DNA of 64,000 nt. Origin: a virus. Where the stretch lies: the IMG/VR virus record IMGVR_UViG_3300042260_000483, positions 1 to 64,000 of that record, one strand, 5' to 3'. Below are positions 28,628 through 38,204 of the stretch, piece by piece. Both the position numbers and the translations under genes were made by a program. The notes under the pieces are model-generated. The model was not told where the DNA came from, did no database searches, and worked only from the letters and a program-made list of their open reading frames with translations. How positions within the stretch are numbered: the stretch's first letter is position 1; every line of letters begins with the position of its first letter.

Positions 28628-29551
28628 TTAAATATACTTAATTTTATTTTTAATGTTTTTTTTCTCTAAAAAATCAATTATTGATTTTCCAATATACTGA
28701 TGTTGTATTAAAGTTGGATGAGCATTTTGTGTGTTTGGGAATTCATCAAGAATTCTTTTATACTGAAACGTAGATTCCCACTCTGAATATTTTGAATACG
28801 ATTTGTCATCATATCCAATTAATGGAATAACTCTTTCTAAAAAATACTCATTTTTAAATAACGATTCTCTAGCCATATTATCCCAAGAATCAATAAAAAA
28901 TACAGATACACCATCGGATTCCAACTTCTTAAAGTAAGTATCAAACAAATATTCTAAATGTATTTTTGTTTTTGAAATTTCAATGCATTTAACCGAATCA
29001 ATTAATTCATCAATCGGTAATTCAAAATCAACATTGTATTTAATGGAAAATTGAGTTTTTAAGTGTTGTTGATATTCTGTTAAATTACCATAATACATTT
29101 GATTGATAATTTGATAAATTACATCGAATGTAATTGGCCAGGATTTATCATACTTAGCACTAACTTCACATATATTACATTTGCAATTGAAATTACTAGA
29201 ATCTTCTTCAAAACATATATCATTTCGATTGAATGCTGAAAATTGATATATGAGGATTTCGGGTTTGTTGATTGAATTAAATACAGAATTTAATTTTACC
29301 ATTAAACTACGAAATGATCCACCATTCTGATGATCAATTGATAAATTTGATTTGAAATGTTTAGTTACCAGATAGGGGAATCGGTTAGTTTCTCTAAACA
29401 AAATAGATTCCGAATCTTCAATTGGCTGGATTTCTTGCCAAGTTGATTTTAGATTACGTTGCGTTATCCATTTTTGATTAGATGAATACAATTCTAACCC
29501 TTCACCCCAAGTAAAGGAATCACCGAAAAAAGCAATATTCCTATACCTCAT
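28628..29551 (-). CDS. SGNH-like paralogue
   Basis: FGDSFTWGEGL, NRFP, NGGS, AHPT..H. Confidence 0.7.
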   Translation of the reverse strand: MRYRNIAFFGDSFTWGEGLELYSSNQKWITQRNLKSTWQEIQPIEDSESILFRETNRFPYLVTKHFKSNLSIDHQNGGSFRSLMVKLNSVFNSINKPEILIYQFSAFNRNDICFEEDSSNFNCKCNICEVSAKYDKSWPITFDVIYQIINQMYYGNLTEYQQHLKTQFSIKYNVDFELPIDELIDSVKCIEISKTKIHLEYLFDTYFKKLESDGVSVFFIDSWDNMARESLFKNEYFLERVIPLIGYDDKSYSKYSEWESTFQYKRILDEFPNTQNAHPTLIQHQYIGKSIIDFLEKKNIKNKIKYI

Positions 29552-29566
29552 AACTAATTTTTATTA

Positions 29567-29713
29567 TTATCTACCTTGACCTCTATAAGCCTTTTTGTAG
29601 TTTTTACTATGTTTGTGAACCGATGTTTTAGTTTTAGCGTGAACACCTGGTCTTGATACTTGTTTTGTTTTGTGTGTAGTTGAGGTAGTTGCACCACCTT
29701 TAGCTTTTGCCAT
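29567..29713 (-). CDS. 48-aa basic peptide ending YKKAYRGQGR
   Basis: Translated by hand: MAKAKGGATTSTTHKTKQVSRPGVHAKTKTSVHKHSKNYKKAYRGQGR. Confidence 0.75.
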   Translation of the reverse strand: MAKAKGGATTSTTHKTKQVSRPGVHAKTKTSVHKHSKNYKKAYRGQGR

Positions 29714-29745
29714 TTAACGTAACTCTCATCGAGTCTCCTGATTGA

Positions 29746-30564
29746 TTATTTGATAATATTACTTTTCTTTAAAGCTCTTGCAGTATCAATCCATTTCAAT
29801 CCAATTTTGTTTGTAATTGGTTTTGATATAAATTTAGTAACTGCTTTTTGGACTGATGTATCAACTGATTTATATACCGTATTATCTACGATAGCAAAAT
29901 TACCACCAAATAAATTGTGGAATTTTCCTAAATTTTCTTGACAAGCCTTCCATATATCTGAAACCAATGATTCGGGAAGAGTTCTATCTCTCTTCGCGTT
30001 TCTTTCTTGTGCAACCTCCAATGATGTGTTTACGAATACCATATAACAATCGTATCCTAAACTTTCAGCATGGTCTTTTTTCTTTTTAATCTTTGTATAT
30101 TCATCACCAGTTCCATCGATAATCAATCCCAATCTACCTGCCTCATAAAATGATTGCTGTTGTTGAGTGATTTTCTTTGCTCTATCTCTAATACCATTAG
30201 GATTCTTAGTAATCATATCCCATAATGCTGGGTCTTCTTTTTCAATCTTACCTAAATCTTTTGGATTGATTCCATTTTTTTTAAGTTCAGCTTCGAAAGC
30301 AGTATCTGAATTAACTAATTTTAATCCGTATGATGAGAATGATGATGTGAATGATTTACCTACACCAAAAATTTCCTTTGCAGTAAATGATTTACCACTA
30401 CCCGGTCCTCCTGCTAAAAATACACATTTTAGGATACCAGGGTCATCTACACCTTCTAATATTAGTTGTTCTAATATAGATTCTTTAATTGAAAACATTT
30501 CTGTTTCCAAATCAAGCATAGATTTTTCAATTTTAGCTTCAGTAAGGGTTTTCTTCTGATTCAA
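29746..30564 (-). CDS. P-loop kinase (zeta toxin/AAA_33-like)
   Basis: FLAGGPGSGKS, NSD..FE, LIIDGTG, FVNTSLEVAQERN..R. Confidence 0.8.
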   Translation of the reverse strand: MNQKKTLTEAKIEKSMLDLETEMFSIKESILEQLILEGVDDPGILKCVFLAGGPGSGKSFTAKEIFGVGKSFTSSFSSYGLKLVNSDTAFEAELKKNGINPKDLGKIEKEDPALWDMITKNPNGIRDRAKKITQQQQSFYEAGRLGLIIDGTGDEYTKIKKKKDHAESLGYDCYMVFVNTSLEVAQERNAKRDRTLPESLVSDIWKACQENLGKFHNLFGGNFAIVDNTVYKSVDTSVQKAVTKFISKPITNKIGLKWIDTARALKKSNIIK

Positions 30565-30587
30565 TTTATTCTCCGTTTTTGAAGTGA

Positions 30588-30845
30588 TTACTTCTTTGTA
30601 GTTTTTTTACTCTTAACAGATTTAACAACTGCTTCTGCAACGTTAATAGCAGCTTCATTTTCAGTAACGATTGTTTCTGCTTGTTTAGTTGCTTTTTTAG
30701 CTTTAGCAATTCCGGCTTTAGCCTTAGTTGTTACTTTCTTAGCTTCAGGTACAATTTCTTCTACTTGTTCTACAAATGTTTCTACCGCTTCTTCAATTTG
30801 TTCAGCCTTTACAAAAAGACTTTTAATAAATGCAAATAATCCCAT
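30588..30845 (-). CDS. Ala/Lys-rich small protein
   Basis: amphipathic N-terminus, basic tail; TATTTATA motif upstream. Confidence 0.7.
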   Translation of the reverse strand: MGLFAFIKSLFVKAEQIEEAVETFVEQVEEIVPEAKKVTTKAKAGIAKAKKATKQAETIVTENEAAINVAEAVVKSVKSKKTTKK

Positions 30846-30873
30846 AATTTTTTGGTTTTGTTAATTAATTTAG

Positions 30874-30881
30874 TATAAATA
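30874..30881 (-). promoter_or_regulatory. putative phage (late) promoter motif TATTTATA (representative copy)
   Basis: same octamer in intergenic gaps at 8643, 30983, 37349, 37623, 41471, 44204, 54778, 63025. Confidence 0.6.
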
Positions 30882-31010
30882 TTGTTCCGTTAAATAAAAA
30901 GATGAATATCATCAGAATCCTCTGAATCATTTATGGATTTCATCTCTATTATTAATCGAGATGCAGGAAAATTCATAGCGTATATAAATAATATTGAATA
31001 TGCTATTTTT

Positions 31011-31286
31011 CTAATCTTCGCCATATAAACTCCACTTCTTTTCAGGTTCTGGTTCTACCAATACTTCTTCAGTATCAACCACATATACATAACCTTCTCT
31101 AGCATCCATAAAGAATTGTGTTTTACCAGTTTTCTGATAAACGTATTCTAATACTTCAGTAAGAGATTCTAATAAAAGTGTAGTGTTGTCAAGAGGGTGC
31201 CACTTATCTCCCGGTGGCACTCTCTTTGCAACTTTAGTCTTTACTTCTTCTTCTTTAATTTGAACGGTCTTTGCCATTTTATTCAA
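31011..31286 (-). CDS. hypothetical phage protein
   Basis: ORF track; RVPPGDKW motif. Confidence 0.7.
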   Translation of the reverse strand: MNKMAKTVQIKEEEVKTKVAKRVPPGDKWHPLDNTTLLLESLTEVLEYVYQKTGKTQFFMDAREGYVYVVDTEEVLVEPEPEKKWSLYGED

Positions 31287-31491
31287 TTACCCTAATAACT
31301 CGGGATTCCTTTGCTCCACTAACTTTGTAATCAATTTGGACACCTGCCTCTTCGAAATCTTTTACTACTCTTGCTTCTGCTTCGGTTACCGATTGTGCAT
31401 CTACTAAATAGATTTCTTTTGCTTTCTTGTCTTTACCATTTTTTTGAGTTGCTACTACGACCTCAACGATTACTTCAAAATACTTGTTCAT
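31279..31491 (-). CDS. DUF4494 family protein
   Basis: KEIYLVDAQSVTEAEARV. Confidence 0.8.
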   Translation of the reverse strand: MNKYFEVIVEVVVATQKNGKDKKAKEIYLVDAQSVTEAEARVVKDFEEAGVQIDYKVSGAKESRVIRVIE

Positions 31492-31532
31492 AACTTGTTT
31501 TTTAGATTATATTATTATATATTTATTTATTT

Positions 31533-31567
31533 TACAAAGATACTAAAAAAATTTGAATTTACCAAAC
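31533..31567 (-). promoter_or_regulatory. Bacteroidota sigma-A promoter
   Basis: sense TTTG-N~20-TATCTTTG. Confidence 0.7.
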
Positions 31568-31582
31568 TTTTTTGATTATTTT

Positions 31583-31897
31583 TTATCCATTCCACTTCAT
31601 ACCATAGAATTCGTAGTTTTTACGAACCGATTCATCATTTCCTTCTACTGCAATTGCCTCTTCTTCGGTTTCAAATATAGCATCCACCGGACACTCTGGA
31701 ATACATGCTCCACATAAAATACATTCATCTGGATTAATGTAGAGTTGTAATCCCTTCTTTTCCTCATCACTCATACCAAGAACTTCTTTACCTAATCCAT
31801 CGATGTTGATAGGACCATTGATAACATCTACTGGACAAACTTGCACACACGCAGTATCACAAACCCCATCACATGCTTTTCCGATTATATAACTCAT
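31583..31897 (-). CDS. 4Fe-4S ferredoxin
   Basis: CDGVCDTACVQVCP and CILCGACIPECPVDAI. Confidence 0.9.
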   Translation of the reverse strand: MSYIIGKACDGVCDTACVQVCPVDVINGPINIDGLGKEVLGMSDEEKKGLQLYINPDECILCGACIPECPVDAIFETEEEAIAVEGNDESVRKNYEFYGMKWNG

Positions 31898-31900
31898 AGT

Positions 31901-32104
31901 TTATTCTTTTAATTTTTTAATATAAAAAGTTTCGTTTTGATAAATTTTTATTTGTGCTGAATTATAGTGTCTAACTATTCCACCTTCACATAAAACTACA
32001 CACCAAATGTCATTTTCAAATGTCCCACCACTAGTTACATAGATAGCATATCCTTCTTTAGTATCTTCTACAATTACCGGTATTGGTTTTTTAAATTCTA
32101 ACAT
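31901..32104 (-). CDS. hypothetical phage protein
   Basis: ORF; start adjusted to downstream of the promoter. Confidence 0.65.
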   Translation of the reverse strand: MLEFKKPIPVIVEDTKEGYAIYVTSGGTFENDIWCVVLCEGGIVRHYNSAQIKIYQNETFYIKKLKE

Positions 32105-32106
32105 CA

Positions 32107-32140
32107 TACAAAGATACAAAAATTATTTCAAATTTCCAAA
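32107..32140 (-). promoter_or_regulatory. Bacteroidota sigma-A promoter
   Basis: sense TTTG-N~20-TATCTTTG. Confidence 0.65.
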
Positions 32141-32707
32141 TTAATATTCAAATTCTTTTTTAGGACCAGTAAGATTACCATTTACTAAGAATGAACAATT
32201 GAAACATAACATTCTCAAATTATCATATAAATGATTAGTTTTATTACCATCTAAAAAATCTAATACCAATGGAACTTTATTATCAGTAATACGTCTTTCC
32301 TCAAACCCACAATTATTACATTTTTCCAACATATACCCATTGAGTAATAATCGTTGTTTTAATTTCCAAACCGGATATTCTGGGTATTTTCCTTTTAAGA
32401 TATCATCCAATGAAAATTTACCTCTTTTGATATTATATCCTTTACGAATACCAATACCATCTGGATTCTTTAAATCATCGAATATACCATATTTACGTGC
32501 GTATTTTTTATAGGTGTTGAATGATACCCCTAAGATTCTTGCTGCTTCCATTGCGGAACGTGCCTTTTGTTGAACTGCTTTTATTTCAGATTCCAATAAA
32601 GGTTGTGCACCCAATCCACGTTTTAATCTTCTTGATTTACTTGCTTGTGATAAATCAGATGTTGGATCGTAATTTGGGAATATTTTATCGTGTTTATTAT
32701 TTTCCAT
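32141..32707 (-). CDS. HTH + zinc-bound HNH-like protein (degenerate active site)
   Basis: SAMEAARILGVSFNTYKKYA; CNNCG...LDFLDGNKTN..NLRMLCFNC. Confidence 0.7.
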   Translation of the reverse strand: MENNKHDKIFPNYDPTSDLSQASKSRRLKRGLGAQPLLESEIKAVQQKARSAMEAARILGVSFNTYKKYARKYGIFDDLKNPDGIGIRKGYNIKRGKFSLDDILKGKYPEYPVWKLKQRLLLNGYMLEKCNNCGFEERRITDNKVPLVLDFLDGNKTNHLYDNLRMLCFNCSFLVNGNLTGPKKEFEY

Positions 32708-32762
32708 ACTAATGTTATTTAATATAAGTATAGTATATTATAATTTTTTGATATAGTTTCCG

Positions 32763-33800
32763 TTATTTTTCATCCCTAACTACATCCAATGTGACACAAT
32801 GAGGTCCTCCACTAAACGTTCGTGCATGTCTCATCTTTGTTGGAATAGATTCAATTCCCCACTTTTTCAATTCCATCATTAAAAGAGTTTGGTGTTCTTC
32901 TACCATACAAAGTTTATCGTTTATTGGTAAAATATTCATTCCTAACCAGGGTGATGCAGGACACCAATCTTCTAATACTTGTGTTGGATATGGTTCGGGT
33001 GCCCAAATCTTATCGAAATCTTTTAAAAATTCGGGTAAGTTTTGCCATCTAACTCTAGCCGGATTCAAAAGAACCTTACCTTCACCTAAAAATACAAAGG
33101 TAGTATCGATGTGTATATATGCGTAAACATTTTCTGCTAGATGAACATTGTATTCATTACCGAAGGTTTCTTTACAATAAATTTCTAACCATTTTGCACC
33201 ATCCTTATTACCTGTATTTGAAACTAAATAAAGAATATCATTATTATGTTTGATTACGTTCGCAGCATCAAATACTGGTTCACCATCTAATAGAGTTGGT
33301 ATTGATAAATCTTCTCTCTGATAAATTGAATCTAATAATTTTGGTTTTGGTGCATCTACCCAATGATTCGGGTCAAATAAAGGTTTACAAGTCTCTGCTT
33401 CATTTGAACGATGGCGTAGTGTCATGGGTGTTGCAATTACCTTATCATTTACCACAAACATTGAATCTCTTGGACAATAATTGTAATAACCATCTACTTC
33501 CCAATTTTCAGTTATAATCGGTTGTGAGAAATCTCTAACCTCTGGTCTATGAACTTTTACTCCTAATGAACGAAGTGTATTCGCTATCCCATCTAAATCT
33601 TCGCGAGTTTCATCTATTAATTTTTGAGGATATACCCCACTTGGTCTATTAGCAAATTCTTCATCGGATAAATGTGCGTAATCAATTGAATGTAAACACT
33701 TATCTCCTTTAGTTGGTACCTGTGCATAATCTGCAGTTCCTACTATAATTTCTCTTAATTGTCCCCATTCATTTCGGACATTCGGTTTTATCAATTCCAT
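32763..33800 (-). CDS. amidinotransferase (glycine/inosamine-phosphate family)
   Basis: NEWGQLREIIVG, YCPRD, FDAAN, HIDTT, GGPHCVTLD. Confidence 0.9.
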   Translation of the reverse strand: MELIKPNVRNEWGQLREIIVGTADYAQVPTKGDKCLHSIDYAHLSDEEFANRPSGVYPQKLIDETREDLDGIANTLRSLGVKVHRPEVRDFSQPIITENWEVDGYYNYCPRDSMFVVNDKVIATPMTLRHRSNEAETCKPLFDPNHWVDAPKPKLLDSIYQREDLSIPTLLDGEPVFDAANVIKHNNDILYLVSNTGNKDGAKWLEIYCKETFGNEYNVHLAENVYAYIHIDTTFVFLGEGKVLLNPARVRWQNLPEFLKDFDKIWAPEPYPTQVLEDWCPASPWLGMNILPINDKLCMVEEHQTLLMMELKKWGIESIPTKMRHARTFSGGPHCVTLDVVRDEK

Positions 33801-33803
33801 AAC

Positions 33804-34682
33804 TTATATAACTTTTGGTATAATATATTTTGTGTTTTTGTAGGTTTCCCAATCTATTTCTTTAATTGGTGTATCCAACATTCCATCGTTTACCAATTTA
33901 TTATAAATTACATTTGCAATCAGTTTATTACCCTTTAACCCAATGTGCATATCGTTTGATTGATGACCAGTTTCATCTTTAATTGTTAATTTATTTACAA
34001 ATGAAAAATCCATCATATCTTTTGTTTGTTGAAAATATTTTCCATCTCCGAATAATAATTCACATGATTTTCGATACTCATGATTCTGTGGTGTCATTGT
34101 AAAATAATAATTTATATTTTTGGATTCTAAATATGCAAGAAACAAATCTACCATTCTTCTATGTTCATCAACTTCATTTTTAATATCAAAAAAATCAGTT
34201 AAATAAGTTTCAAAAAAAGGGTCATAGGTTTCTAATAATTTAATAGTTTCATCCGAATCATAATTGTAATGATTTGCAGTTGCTAAGAAAACTGCTTTAT
34301 CATTTTCATCAATCTGATAATTACAAATTATATAATCATTTATTTTCTTAAAGAAAAATTCTCTTCTACCTAATCCAGTAATTTCAAATATAAAAATATG
34401 TTCATCTTTATTAAAACCATGTGAATCAATAATTTCATATGATTTTCTAATTACTCTTTCATTACCACATCCTTGTTTTCCAAAATTATTAACCTTTACA
34501 TTTTTTGAAACTAACTTTTGTATTTGTCCTGGATATGAAAAGTTAAAAATGGTTTTTTCTTCGTTTGTTATATGGCCATACAATTTATTAATGAACCACC
34601 CTTGTGTAGGTGAATCGAATTCGAAACCACCTCCAGCAGTGTTTGATGTTCCAAAACAATTTATGTATTTAATTTTTGTCAT
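33804..34682 (-). CDS. SGNH-like paralogue
   Basis: FGTSNTAGGG, SYP, GCGN, DMH. Confidence 0.65.
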   Translation of the reverse strand: MTKIKYINCFGTSNTAGGGFEFDSPTQGWFINKLYGHITNEEKTIFNFSYPGQIQKLVSKNVKVNNFGKQGCGNERVIRKSYEIIDSHGFNKDEHIFIFEITGLGRREFFFKKINDYIICNYQIDENDKAVFLATANHYNYDSDETIKLLETYDPFFETYLTDFFDIKNEVDEHRRMVDLFLAYLESKNINYYFTMTPQNHEYRKSCELLFGDGKYFQQTKDMMDFSFVNKLTIKDETGHQSNDMHIGLKGNKLIANVIYNKLVNDGMLDTPIKEIDWETYKNTKYIIPKVI

Positions 34683-34890
34683 CTTTCTTTAGACCATATT
34701 TAATCCACTTATACCATACTCGTTCATGTAGATAATATTGAATCGGTTTATACACCAATTCTGCAATACCAAACGCAGTTCCAACTTCAATTGAACCACT
34801 TATCCACCACATCAAAAGAAACCCTACAAGGGTACTTAAAATACGATAGGAGATGGTTTTAGCAATATGACGTTTAGGTTGGACTATCAT
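34669..34890 (-). CDS. DUF2061 membrane protein
   Basis: RHIAKTISYR...YYLHERVWYK..YG. Confidence 0.8.
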   Translation of the reverse strand: MIVQPKRHIAKTISYRILSTLVGFLLMWWISGSIEVGTAFGIAELVYKPIQYYLHERVWYKWIKYGLKKDDKN

Positions 34891-35270
34891 TATCCTTTAT
34901 TTTCATCGTAGGTTAATGAACCATCTGGTTTCATATGACCAGTTCTGATTGCAGTTCCGCTAATTGATGCAATATCAGTTGGTGGTTCGTGGTATATGAC
35001 ATCATACCCAACTCCTCTACCATAATTTACTGATTCGATATCTGGTATGATTGAAATGTATAATCTACCCGTAGATAAATAACCTTTTAATTCTTCTGTC
35101 AAATTATCTAATATTTCTTTTGCAGTTTTGGGATTGTTATCATCTCTATCAACATCTCTAATTGCAATCCAAACATTATTACCTTTTTGGAATTGTTGAT
35201 CAATTAACCATTGATGACCAGAATGCCAGTTTTGCCATCTACCGATGTAAAGTGCGTATTTTTTATTCAT
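34890..35270 (-). CDS. HIGH-class nucleotidyltransferase (cytidyltransferase-like)
   Basis: IGRWQNWHSGH, YGRGVGY, ISGTAIR. Confidence 0.75.
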   Translation of the reverse strand: MNKKYALYIGRWQNWHSGHQWLIDQQFQKGNNVWIAIRDVDRDDNNPKTAKEILDNLTEELKGYLSTGRLYISIIPDIESVNYGRGVGYDVIYHEPPTDIASISGTAIRTGHMKPDGSLTYDENKG

Positions 35271-35740
35271 TATAATTTTTTTAATTTATTCAAATGATTT
35301 ATTAATTTTGAAAATGAAATATCCGGTGAATCTTTTGTAGTATTCACATCGATGAAATTTACTTGAGGGGATTCGTAATCTTTAACGTGGAAATGATCAC
35401 GTTCTCTAGGTTCGGTTGTGTGGACGTAAATCTCAACCATATCTGGTCCGATTTTATCTTTCAACTCTTCCCGTAGTTCGATGAATGGTGCAACTAATGA
35501 AACGACAACATCACATCTATTTAAGTGTAGATATTCAACTATTGTCTGTGCAGTTCTGATATTATTCTTTCTACCTTCTTCAGAATAATCTTTATTATTA
35601 GTAATTTCACGCAGATGATCACCATCTAAATGAAATACGTTTTTACGCCAATTGCGTTTTTCTGTTTCTAAAAACTTATGTAACTTTTTACCTAAGACAG
35701 TTTTACCTGCTCCTGGTTGTCCTGTAAACCAATATATCAT
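35270..35740 (-). CDS. cysC: adenylyl-sulfate kinase
   Basis: WFTGQPGAGKT, LDGD.LR, DYSEEGR..NI, SLVAPF. Confidence 0.8.
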   Translation of the reverse strand: MIYWFTGQPGAGKTVLGKKLHKFLETEKRNWRKNVFHLDGDHLREITNNKDYSEEGRKNNIRTAQTIVEYLHLNRCDVVVSLVAPFIELREELKDKIGPDMVEIYVHTTEPRERDHFHVKDYESPQVNFIDVNTTKDSPDISFSKLINHLNKLKKL

Positions 35741-35762
35741 TGTGTAACTTTTTTTATTATAA

Positions 35763-37322
35763 CTACTTAGTTCGTTTTTTAATTATATTTTCAACAACTT
35801 CACTTAATCCTAATTTATCACTATAATCTGAAATTTCATAGTAATCGGAATCTTGAAGTTCTCTTTCAATTTTACTCCATGCCGAATTTGGATTTTTAGT
35901 GATAACTGCTGCTATCTTTTTTCTTCCAAACGCTCCGGCCTTTTGATATAATTTTTGAATTGCTTTAAAATGCCAATCACCCAACCCTACTTCGTATAAA
36001 TTACCATCTTCACTATCTGGATTATCAATTGCATTCTTTTCAGTTGGTGTTCCGGATAATTTATCAGAATGACGTGGTAATAAGAATGTATCAGTTAGAT
36101 TAGAACCATATTCTTTTAATTGAGATAAGAATACAGAATAATCAAAATCAATATTCTCTTCTTTAAATTGCTTAATCATATTTAAAGCAATTTCTTTTCG
36201 ATTTTCTTTATCTTTAACTTGTTTTAAAATATCAATTATACCAACAACCATTTCTCTTTCGTTATCAGAAAGTTCATCGTTTATTGATTCGGTTTTTATT
36301 TTTCTCTTTTGTTGAATGATTTGTTGAATTTGTGAAAATATAGTTTGTATATCTTTATCCAACTTTTTTTCATCTGCTGACATTGGTGATTCAATATCTA
36401 CATCTGAATATAATTTTTTCTTTTTGGCAATTAAAACATCTACTTTTTTAATTAAATCAGTTCTGACTTTATCTAAATCCTTTATAATATCGGATGGGTT
36501 AGATGATTCGGTTACCGATTCTCTCATTTTTCCTAAATGTTTAAGTGCATCTTTTGCATTCTTCTTAAAGTAATCTTCAACTTCTTTTTTGGTATCAAAT
36601 GATATTTGTCCTTTTCCTTTCTTCACATCATCTACCCAAAATGAATCAGAATCTCTATCAAATGAGTAATATCCTATAAGTTTATTATTGTATAAAACTT
36701 TACCATCCTTTATATCCCAACTTTCATTAAGTTTAGATTCTTTTACGATTTTTACTGGGTTTAAATGTGTTCCCAATTTATCACTATAAGCCATTACATA
36801 ATGAGTTCCATCTTGGCCGATGTGTTTGTTAAAGTTTTTAATTTTAGACCACTCTTTTTTAGTAATGGTTTGTATTTCAGGTGCTTCGTTCATATTTTCA
36901 CTTTCTAAATCTTCTTGTCCAGAATCATCTTTATCAAAATTAGTATCATCGTAATCTTCTCTAGGTGTAGTTCCTAATTGACTATGTTGGTCTGAAACTC
37001 TACCTACTAACCAATTTGCTGGAAAGTTTTCATTTACATCCATTTCATCATCGGAACGTAAAGAATCTTTAGGTGCAGAAGGTTGTGTTTGATGGTTTGG
37101 AATCATCATTGCATATTCCTTTAATCGTTTTACAATTTCTTGCTTTACCTTCTTAGGTAATCCCTTATGTTTGGTAGATGCAAAATCATTAACATCAGAT
37201 GGATTCATATCTTTTGCAACTTTCTTTAATTCAGCAGATGCATCAGATTGATTCATATCACCTTTTTGAAGTGCATGAACCATACCCATAAATTTTTGTT
37301 GTTGTTTTGATGATGACGGCAT
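35763..37322 (-). CDS. modular protein with N-terminal DUF3008-like domain and E-S-x-x-E linkers (putative internal head protein)
   Basis: SKQQQKFMG..ASTKHKGLP; linkers ESKLNES, ESVTES, ESINDE. Confidence 0.65.
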   Translation of the reverse strand: MPSSSKQQQKFMGMVHALQKGDMNQSDASAELKKVAKDMNPSDVNDFASTKHKGLPKKVKQEIVKRLKEYAMMIPNHQTQPSAPKDSLRSDDEMDVNENFPANWLVGRVSDQHSQLGTTPREDYDDTNFDKDDSGQEDLESENMNEAPEIQTITKKEWSKIKNFNKHIGQDGTHYVMAYSDKLGTHLNPVKIVKESKLNESWDIKDGKVLYNNKLIGYYSFDRDSDSFWVDDVKKGKGQISFDTKKEVEDYFKKNAKDALKHLGKMRESVTESSNPSDIIKDLDKVRTDLIKKVDVLIAKKKKLYSDVDIESPMSADEKKLDKDIQTIFSQIQQIIQQKRKIKTESINDELSDNEREMVVGIIDILKQVKDKENRKEIALNMIKQFKEENIDFDYSVFLSQLKEYGSNLTDTFLLPRHSDKLSGTPTEKNAIDNPDSEDGNLYEVGLGDWHFKAIQKLYQKAGAFGRKKIAAVITKNPNSAWSKIERELQDSDYYEISDYSDKLGLSEVVENIIKKRTK

Positions 37323-37375
37323 AGTATTATCAATAATTCTTTATATCATATAAATATATGAATTAGAGTTTTCCG

Positions 37376-37600
37376 TTATTTAGTTTTTTCTTCGTACCAG
37401 ATATTTTTAGGATTGTTCTTAAAAGTGCCATCTATTCTCCACATTATCTCATTGGAATAATATTGACCTTTTTCTGGGTTGGTGAAATGTAAGTAGATGA
37501 AGAATACATCAAATAATAATGCAAATGATATCCACATTAGTGTGAATATTGCGAATCCTTTAAATAATAACTCTGAACATTTTGTTAAAAACCTTTTCAT
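37376..37600 (-). CDS. small membrane protein
   Basis: one long hydrophobic helix. Confidence 0.65.
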   Translation of the reverse strand: MKRFLTKCSELLFKGFAIFTLMWISFALLFDVFFIYLHFTNPEKGQYYSNEIMWRIDGTFKNNPKNIWYEEKTK

Positions 37601-37655
37601 GTATCATACTCCCTTTATTTTATATAAATATAAGAAAATGATTACAAAATATAAA

Positions 37656-38204
37656 TTAGTGTTTTATTTGCTGAACTCTCCACTTAACATTCTTACTACG
37701 CAACATTTGTTTTGCTGCTTCAACATTCTTTTCGGAATCATCTGCAAAGTAAATATCATCATACCCATCGTTATCAATTTTCTTCTCAATCCAATCTGCT
37801 TTATCTTTTGGATTATTAGAACCTAACGCAACTACAAATACTTTGTTTGAATTGATTCCAATATCTTTTAAGTAATTTTTAATTGGTTGATATGCAGCAC
37901 GGGCAGTTAAAATATACACACCTTCTCCACCACTAACTCTAATTATGTTTTTAAGAATATTTGTTATTTTAGTAATTTCTTCTGGGTTCTTAACAGATTC
38001 AAAATCTTTAAAATCATATACATCACCTGGTCTTTCAGTATAAACTGCGTATTGACCGGGAGTTAATTTAGATTTTTTACCATCTGAATGTGTAATGTAT
38101 ATAAATGATGTTGTTTTTACTAGAGTATCATCAAAATCGAATATCCTCAATTTTTTTGATTCTACGAATAAACTTCTACTTATCATGTCTGTTAATTTTA
38201 TCAT
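37656..38204 (-). CDS. HAD-superfamily phosphatase (PNK-phosphatase-like) with MIKLTD leader
   Basis: FDFDDTL, ILTAR, K, FADDS..N. Confidence 0.8.
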   Translation of the reverse strand: MIKLTDMISRSLFVESKKLRIFDFDDTLVKTTSFIYITHSDGKKSKLTPGQYAVYTERPGDVYDFKDFESVKNPEEITKITNILKNIIRVSGGEGVYILTARAAYQPIKNYLKDIGINSNKVFVVALGSNNPKDKADWIEKKIDNDGYDDIYFADDSEKNVEAAKQMLRSKNVKWRVQQIKH

